The notes below the pieces were generated by a model. That model was not told the origin of the DNA. It was given only the letters and a program-made list of their open reading frames with translations, and did no database searches. DNA of 63,797 nt, counting the filler, from Cercozoa sp. M6MM (Eukaryota; Protista; Endomyxa: Ascetosporea): NCBI GenBank assembly GCA_040357565.1. It is 9 parts of 9 records of this genome, joined end to end, with 100 filler letters (N's around TTAATTAATTAA, not from the genome) between each part and the next. Parts side by side here need not be neighbours in the genome. Positions count along the whole stretch, not along the records: positions 56,378 to 62,335 come from JBDODJ010000821.1; positions 62,436 to 63,797 come from JBDODJ010002048.1; 7 more parts are not named here. The stretch is one strand, 5' to 3'. The stretch's first letter is position 1, and every line of letters starts with the position of its first letter. Of this stretch, positions 56,477 to 63,797 are shown piece after piece. Both the position numbers and the translations under genes were made by a program.

Positions 56477-57016
56477 ACACTTCTTCTTCATCATTGCGAC
56501 GTACACGACCACTGCCGCGTGTCCTGGTACTCTTTGTTGTTCTGTTTCTTGCTGCTCCCTCTCTGCTTACACTTGCTCGCAGATGCACATGCCAGTATCG
56601 ACGCTGCCACGCTGGTACCAGTATCAATGTCTGTGTACATGTTTGATTGCTCGTGCACTGACCGGTGTACCCAGGCCTTCAACAAGGCGCACGACAAGAC
56701 ACGCAAGTACATCAACAAGATCGTGAGCAAGCGCGGCCCGCAGATGAAGGCGCTGCTGCAGAAGGCACGTGTACAGCTCGCCGATGCCATGGTGGTAGTT
56801 CTTGCCCTGCTGCTGGCACTCCTGCACTTACTGCTTGCGATTGCAGTTGCTGCGGCCGTTCTGGCCCGATGCAACGCTGCCGGCGTTGACTCAGGCCGGT
56901 TTGTTTTTGCCTCTGCTACCTGTGATGTTTGTTTGCTTTCAGTTTGCTGCAAGTTCCTTGTCACTGCAGAAGAGAAGCTCCGGGGCTCTCACGACGAGTT
57001 TCTCGAATCGCAGTGA
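56477..57016 (+). CDS. 3' exons of an unknown protein (5' partial)
   Basis: GT-AG exons HFFFIIATYTTTAACP and AFNKAHDKTRKYINKIVSKRGPQMKALLQKA, ending ..HDEFLESQ*. Confidence 0.4.
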   Translation, partial: TLLLHHCDVHDHCRVSWYSLLFCFLLLPLCLHLLADAHASIDAATLVPVSMSVYMFDCSCTDRCTQAFNKAHDKTRKYINKIVSKRGPQMKALLQKARVQLADAMVVVLALLLALLHLLLAIAVAAAVLARCNAAGVDSGRFVFASATCDVCLLSVCCKFLVTAEEKLRGSHDEFLESQ

Positions 57017-57437
57017 GGTTGAGGCACGCGCACACGACTAAGTTGACGTTGATAGGCACAGGGAAACAACATCGAGAGTTGGTCATTTAATTCAGCCTAC
57101 TAACAACATCGAGTTGGTCATTTAATTCAGCCCACAGTAAAAATGCGTCCGTCTCCGTCTGCTGGATTGCCTGGGTACGTTGCAATGGCCAATTTACATC
57201 AAGTGTCGTGGCCGTACTCCGATTTCGGGTGTTCTGCGCATTTGCCAGAGCCTGGGGGTAGAGCAGGCGACGATCTAAGCAGTTTCTATGCTTTTTGGTT
57301 CCGAGCTTTCGCCGTTTCTCGGACTGAGCTATAGGACGCTCATAGACAAATGAAACGTAGAAAGATAATTTAATAATACTAAAAACACTTAGGGCGCACT
57401 GACTGGCCGTTTAGTGCAAGCGACTGCAACTATTCGC

Positions 57438-58114
57438 TTAGCAGTTGGTACCCGGGTACCTGTAATACAGTGTCATAAAAACGCAAAAGAAGCTGCAAGA
57501 AAAAAAAAGCAGAAGGAGCACATACTTACACACACACATAAATATACATACTTACACATATATACACATCCTTACACATATACACACATACTTACACATA
57601 TATACACATACTTACACATATATACACATANNNNNNNNNNACACATATATACACATACTTACACATATATACACATACTTACACATATACACATACTAAC
57701 ACATATATACACATACTTACACATATATACACATACTTACACATACATACACATAGATATATACACACATCCATACACACATCCAGACATACATACATAG
57801 GCATACATACATAGACATAACATGGACATAACGGTCTCACCAGTTTCCGTATTTGTTCTGACAAAGCATGGCGTTCACTTCCTCGTCCTCCTGCTGCTCG
57901 AGCTCTTTCTCGTACTGTACCAGCGTCCGCAGCTCGGCACGCAGTTCCTGCGTGCGCCAGGAGTAAGCCACAGGACACATACAATGCCACAACATACGTG
58001 CTCACGAGCGCGGATATCTTCGATCTGCAGGCGCAGACGCTCAAGGCGCTGACGCGGCGACGAAACAGCTTGAGCAACGCCAAGGGCGGCCAGGGCAACG
58101 AGAAGCAGCTTCAT
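57438..58114 (-). CDS. Small secreted precursor-like protein with coiled-coil/acidic pro-region and C-terminal Cys-Cys loop
   Basis: MKLLLVALAALGVAQA signal. Exons splice to ..RLRLQIEDIRAREH|ELRAELRTLVQYEKELEQQEDEEVNAMLCQNKYGNW|YPGTNC*. Confidence 0.6.
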
Positions 58115-58413
58115 TTTGGGATTCTATGGCAACGACAACAAAACGGGAACAATAAAAAAAAACGTGCAATGCGGGAAATTTAGGTACAAGCAGTAGATAC
58201 CAGAGATGAGTACTACAGTTAAAAACTAGCGAGACGCGTCGTGCGACAGTACAGTACTGCAGTTTGCAGATGTCAGCCAACCTGATCGATCGACGGACTG
58301 ATCGGACACACCAGCCAGGAACATCATCTTCCTTCTTCTTCCGCTTACTGAAAAGTTAGTACAGCATAGCTGCGTATCTTAGGCAACAGGCACGGGTACG
58401 GGAACCCGAGCAT

Positions 58414-59357
58414 TTACGGGCAGCGAACGACGGCGCCGAAGCCACGAAGAGCGCGGCCGACGAGCACCGGCAGAGCCGGCCATGCCATTCTCTGTTAGTC
58501 CAGCACAAATAAAAAAGACAAGCCCCACGACAAGGTGCGGAGCAATGTGGTACCACTCGCCTGTGCCATGATGGTCGCCAGTTCCGAGCGTGTAGGCACA
58601 ACGTCGATGTCGTCGTCGTCGTCGTCGGTGCCGTCAACGGCCACCTTGTTGTCGGAGTTGTCTTTGGAGTCGTTCTTACCATCGGCACTGTCGGTTCCAG
58701 CAACGCCAAGAACACGCTTGGCCTCCTCGGGCGTCATGAGGACAGGGCCGCGCCTTTTCGACTCCCCTGGAGACAGGATGAGTCGCCTCTCAGTTGCTGT
58801 CTCGAGTAGAACGGTGTACCTGCGCATGCGTCAACGGGAGTCTTCACCGTTCGAGCGACAGAACGACGGCGGCGGTGCCTGCTCTTGCCACTACCGAACA
58901 GCGTTTCGACTATCGAGCGCCGGCGTGGTGGCCGTGTTCTGTCAGACCAGCATTCATCATCCATCTGTGTGCAGTCACAAAGAAGTGCATCACAGCTGCA
59001 AGAACAAAAGTACGTCACAGCGATCGGCTCTACATGCTCGGGTGCGGCAAAGTGCGTCGGCTCCGACACGCGCAGCACCGCATCGCGCACGAGTCCACCG
59101 CCTTTGTTGTTGAACATCGGTGCCGTCGTTCGTGTCGCTATTGGTGTGGAAGTCGTGTCTGACAATGACGACAAAGGCAGCGCGCGGGCCAAGTCGGCGT
59201 TTGCACTTGCTAGCTGAGCTTGCGAATATATGTGTGTCCAACATATCACACACAAACACATACACACAAACACAAACACACAAACACAAACACACAAACA
59301 CAAACACANNNNNNNNNNACACACAAACACAAACACACAAACACAAACACACAAACA

Positions 59358-59414
<57 letters not shown>

Positions 59415-60021
59415 CACAAGGAGCACAATACCGCACTCTGCAGCAGCTTGACTGTCGACCGCAACTCCGCGTTTTCTGAACGTAGCTGTTCTTCTCGCTC
59501 GCGTAGCTTCTGTTTAATTGAAAGAGTGTAGATTTACGCCGTGGATATCCACATGCATATGAGAATTTACTATGTGCTTCTGAGCCAGGGCGCGCGCATC
59601 GCGCAAGGTTGCCTGAAGTTCTTGGCGCAGTCGTTCGCACTCGCACTGAGCAACCGCAGGCATGCAAAGCAACAAAATTACTTTGGAGTAGGCGCGATGT
59701 TTAAAGCTACCTGTCTTCGAGCACCCGAATCCGCCATACCAAGCTTGTCCCCAAAAGCAAACAGGCACCAAAACAGTCCAAGCTACAGTACTCCCAAGGC
59801 TGCCAGTACAATGCACAGTGATGCTGCACGTATGCACACACTATGAAAGAAGCAGTACAGTACAGAGAGGATGAGAGGATCGTGGTCACTTCACCAGTTT
59901 TGTCCCGTCAGCTGTCAACCAATTGACAGTTTGCGGAAAACGCAACCACAGGTCACAGTCGTCCCCGAGGATGGTCGATGGTTCTCGGTCAACTGAAGTT
60001 GTGTCTGCAAGCGACCTCATC
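58414..60021 (-). CDS. Unknown coiled-coil protein
   Basis: Exons ECERLRQELQATLRDARALAQKH, KLREREEQLRSENAELRSTVKLLQS and an acidic DDDDD segment. Boundaries approximate. Confidence 0.45.
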
Positions 60022-60104
60022 TTCAATTGTCGGACTTGCCAGTTGCAATTGCCCCTGTTGAGCCGTGCTTCAGACCAGAATTTGTGAAGAGTCCGTTCCA
60101 TCGA

Positions 60105-62072
60105 ATGAAGCTTTTGCTTGCAAGTTTAATTTTGACGGGTGCTTTCGGCCAAGAATGCAGCCCTGGTGATTGGTCTAACCCTGACCCCTGTACAACGTGT
60201 GTCTGCGAAGCCGGTGCGTGGAGGTAACCTATTTCAATACCGATACAGCGAGACGAACTTTGTGGGCTTTCACTGTCAATCAGTTGCGAGCACATGGAAT
60301 GCGCGCCTGTTGACTGTCCTCCTGAGTTTGTTCGGCAGCCAGAGGGCGAGTGCTGCCCAGTGTGTGACTGTGAAGGTTTCTTCTTTCAGTTCTTTTGGTG
60401 TATGCAACGAATTAGTGTCTGGACGGAAAGTTGCCTTCATTTGCTTTCTGTTTTTTAGGAGTATGCCCTATGATCTGGCAACCCGTGTGCGCTAACGTCA
60501 TGGGAAAGCAGCAGACACTGGGTATGAGCGCTCAAGTCCACTCACACGCGAAGCCAAATGCACCCTATCCTTTGTTCCGGATACTGTTCCATGAAACCGC
60601 TTTCCCGATACCCGTCGGTGTGTAGGAAACATGTGCGAGTTTTCTCGAAAGCAGTGCGAACAATCGATGGAATCTGTCGTTCTTCTCTAGTACGCTTTTC
60701 CATCGAAGTTCAGGGGCGTCTTTTACGTGAAAGTACGGGGAAACGTTGTTTGCTTATTTTCAAAGTGAGGGTGAGTGCGAACCAGAAGCCTCGAGCGCCG
60801 CCTCTGCGAATGATGACCCTTGCGCTTGTACGCACGACAGTACCTCGAACGGTGTGCACGTTCAGTACAATGGTTGCGCGAGACACCTTGCATTTGGGTA
60901 TGCTCGATTTTTAATATAAAATTTACTCGCAGTTTTATTGTACAACTTACCTCGTTTAAACTGTGTAACAAAAATTTTGAACCGTTTATGTTATTTTCCA
61001 TACTCAAAACAGACCGGTGTTTTGTTACTTGTCGAACTCCAAACTGGGCGACTCGGCTGGATGCGACCATGCTTTGCCGTCGTTGCAGTCTGAAGGTGCC
61101 ACTTGGCGGTAAAGATGATAAACTGACAGTCTTCTCTTCAAGCAAACCGACTGAAAAACAGAATTGTATCGTTTGCGCAGTCTTTGCTATGGCGAAGAAA
61201 CAGTTCTGTTGGACGACAACGTTCATGATGAAGAATATGAGTACTATCGTTCGTACTACATGCGCGAGCACAAACGACGTCATAACGCTTCGCGAGGGTA
61301 CAGTCACAACCATGTTCGTTTGAAGGTATTAAGCATGCATGTTTACCGCCGTTTTTCTGTCACATTTAGTGGCGAATATGGTGAAAACGCTGAGAACCAG
61401 TGGTCAGGTGAAAAAGAATCTGGTGAGACTGAAGAGTGGACGCCTACTGACACTGAGTCAGGGTACGGCAGTGGACCTGTGAATGATCACAGTACCTCGT
61501 GGGGACATGGCAGTGAAGGGACTTACGAAAGTGAGGAAATTGAAGAGACGGGCGAAGAAACTGGCGGAGAGACGGGCGAAGAAACTGGTGAAGAGATGAG
61601 CGAAGAAACTGGTGAAGAGACGGGTGAAGAAACGGGTGAAGAAACGGGTGAAGAGACATCCACTAGCGGCGAAGAGACTGATCCTGAGCAAGAGATGGGT
61701 GAATCTGAAGCGACCGATCACGAAGAGACGCCGGTCGGCGAAGACGAAGAGACTCCCGTTGCAGAAGACGAAAAAGCTCCCGTCGGTGAAGATGAAGAGT
61801 CTCACGTTGGTGAAGACGAAGAGGCTCCCGTTGGTGAAGATGAAGAGGCCACGGTTGGCGGAGAGGAAGATACTTCGGTCGAAGGCACCGACGAAGAGAT
61901 TGAGACTCCCGCTGGCGAAGACGAAGAGGGTCCAGTTGGAGAAGACGAAGAGGTTCCCGTCGGAGAAGCTGAAGAGACTCCTGTTGGCGAAGCTGAAGAG
62001 ACTTCCGCCAGTGGTGATGGGACTGGTCCGGACGGAAGTGGTATCTTCGCCAAGGCTCACTTTGCTTTCTGA
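60105..62072 (+). CDS. Secreted protein with VWC-like and Kazal-like Cys modules and a long Glu-rich repeat tail
   Basis: Signal MKLLLASLILTGAFG. VWC pattern WSNPDPCTTCVCEAGAW.CEHMEC..C..GECCPVC. Kazal pattern CPMIWQPVC..GNMCEF. Repeats (GEET)n and (PVGEDEE)n. Confidence 0.75.
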
Positions 62073-62435
62073 AACTAAAGGTGCAAGATTTGTCTCTGCA
62101 TACTTTAATATGCACAACCACGTGCACGCACGGCACACCCAAACTGGAAAATTCCATCGAATGGCTTTGTTGATACTAACTTGAAGTTTCAATTCATGCA
62201 ACCAACTCTTCACGTTCAAAGTTAACAGATCGATCGCGTATCGGTATGGCCGGGTTTTTCGAGGCAAAATCAGAATTAAAGAGAGGTTAAGGGGTAAGGG
62301 GGCTAAAGGGGTAAGGGGGCTAAAGGGGTAAGGGGNNNNNNNNNNNNNNNNNNNNNNNNNNNNNNNNNNNNNNNNNNNNTTAATTAATTAANNNNNNNNN
62401 NNNNNNNNNNNNNNNNNNNNNNNNNNNNNNNNNNN

Positions 62436-63797
62436 CCCCCTGTTTACCCCTAATGTAGCCGTCGAAGAAGATCGGCAAAGTCGGGCCCGACGACTGGCGC
62501 AAGAAGAAGGTGTGCCGCTTGTTGTTTCTTTCGTGTCTTGTTGTTGTTTTTCTGGTGTTGTTGTTGTTGTTTCTTTCTGGTGTTGTTGTTTTTCTGGTGT
62601 TTGTTGTTGTTTTTGCACCGGGAACACGCGCGCAGAGAAAACGCGGACCGCGGCGCAATCACGAGGTGGCGCAACTGCTGGCCGAAGGTACTCTTTTGAG
62701 TGTGTTTTAATTAAGGTGGCGTTTTTAAATAAGGCGGCGTTTTGTAGCCGAGGCAATGTTCGGTCATGACATCGATATCACGAGCTACGGCATGCAGGAG
62801 GTAGTTTTACCCCCCTTAACCCCACCCCACCCCCTTAAGCACTTACCCCTTACCCCTTACCCCCCCCCCAGGTGGGCGACTCGTCGGCCAAGAGTACGCG
62901 CGCGGCGAAGACGACGACGCCGCCGGCAGAAACACCTACTGCAGCGGTGGCTACAGGGGTGGCTACAAGCACAGTGGCTACAGGTGCGGTGGCTACAGGT
63001 GCAGTGACTACAGGGGTGGCTACAGTGGCTACACCGTCGACGAGTGGCGAATCGACGCCGTCGTCGAAAAATGAGTCGAACGAGGCGGCTGTCACTGGTG
63101 CGCACGTTTTTNNNNNNNNNNCCCCCTGTTTACCCCTAATGTAGCCGTCGAAGAAGATCGGCAAAGTCGGGCCCGACGACTGGCGCAAGAAGAAGGTGTG
63201 CCGCTTGTTGTTTCTTTCGTGTCTTGTTGTTGTTTTTCTGGTGTTGTTGTTGTTGTTTCTTTCTGGTGTTGTTGTTTTTCTGGTGTTTGTTGTTGTTTTT
63301 GCACCGGGAACACGCGCGCAGAGAAAACGCGGACCGCGGCGCAATCACGAGGTGGCGCAACTGCTGGCCGAAGGTACTCTTTTGAGTGTGTTTTAATTAA
63401 GGTGGCGTTTTTAAATAAGGCGGCGTTTTGTAGCCGAGGCAATGTTCGGTCATGACATCGATATCACGAGCTACGGCATGCAGGAGGTAGTTTTACCCCC
63501 CTTAACCCCACCCCACCCCCTTAAGCACTTACCCCTTACCCCTTACCCCCCCCCCAGGTGGGCGACTCGTCGGCCAAGAGTACGCGCGCGGCGAAGACGA
63601 CGACGCCGCCGGCAGAAACACCTACTGCAGCGGTGGCTACAGGGGTGGCTACAAGCACAGTGGCTACAGGTGCGGTGGCTACAGGTGCAGTGACTACAGG
63701 GGTGGCTACAGTGGCTACACCGTCGACGAGTGGCGAATCGACGCCGTCGTCGAAAAATGAGTCGAACGAGGCGGCTGTCACTGGTGCGCACGTTTTT
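62436..63797 (+). repeat. Exact 676-bp duplication across a 10-N gap, containing exons of an unidentified gene
   Basis: 62436-63111 is identical to 63122-63797. Exons include AQLLAE|AEAMFGHDIDI (weakly Spt6-like) and (VATG)n repeats. Confidence 0.85.

Noticed and set aside
57066-57132. Two direct repeats of about 35 bp (also 24-bp pair at 13944-13990) as possible CRISPR-like array
   Set aside because: Only two units with no unique spacers, in a eukaryotic context. Simple local duplications.
62436-63797. Apparent tandem gene duplication
   Set aside because: Perfect identity on both sides of a 10-N gap at a contig end points to a scaffolding overlap artefact.

Overview
Eukaryotic sequence from an intron-dense microbial eukaryote (standard code; GT-AG introns, mostly 50-90 nt; many filled with microsatellites). 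The window is nine unrelated contigs joined by artificial N-TTAATTAATTAA-N linkers, so adjacency across linkers means nothing. Recognisable spliced genes: M14 carboxypeptidase, WD40-FYVE (BEACH-type) protein, GPI8/PIG-K, TBC1D20, a Venus-flytrap (ANF-receptor domain) protein, GPR89, a MAP2K, an SDR, NLE1 head-to-head with DDX18/HAS1, glutathione peroxidase, PIF1, ABHD13, an ArfGAP and an STK32-like kinase. Main finding: the GPx is a selenoprotein (in-frame TGA at 43611), and its 3'-UTR SECIS is interrupted by a 69-nt GT-AG intron. A canonical type II SECIS appears only after splicing, which suggests splicing-gated selenocysteine recoding. Other findings: a three-copy family of secreted proteins with Tyr/Gly prion-like tails showing intron differences and decay, a short structured dispersed element with a 17-bp TSD, and a small precursor ending in a Cys-Cys loop peptide. 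Gene models were spliced by eye, so many boundaries are approximate.
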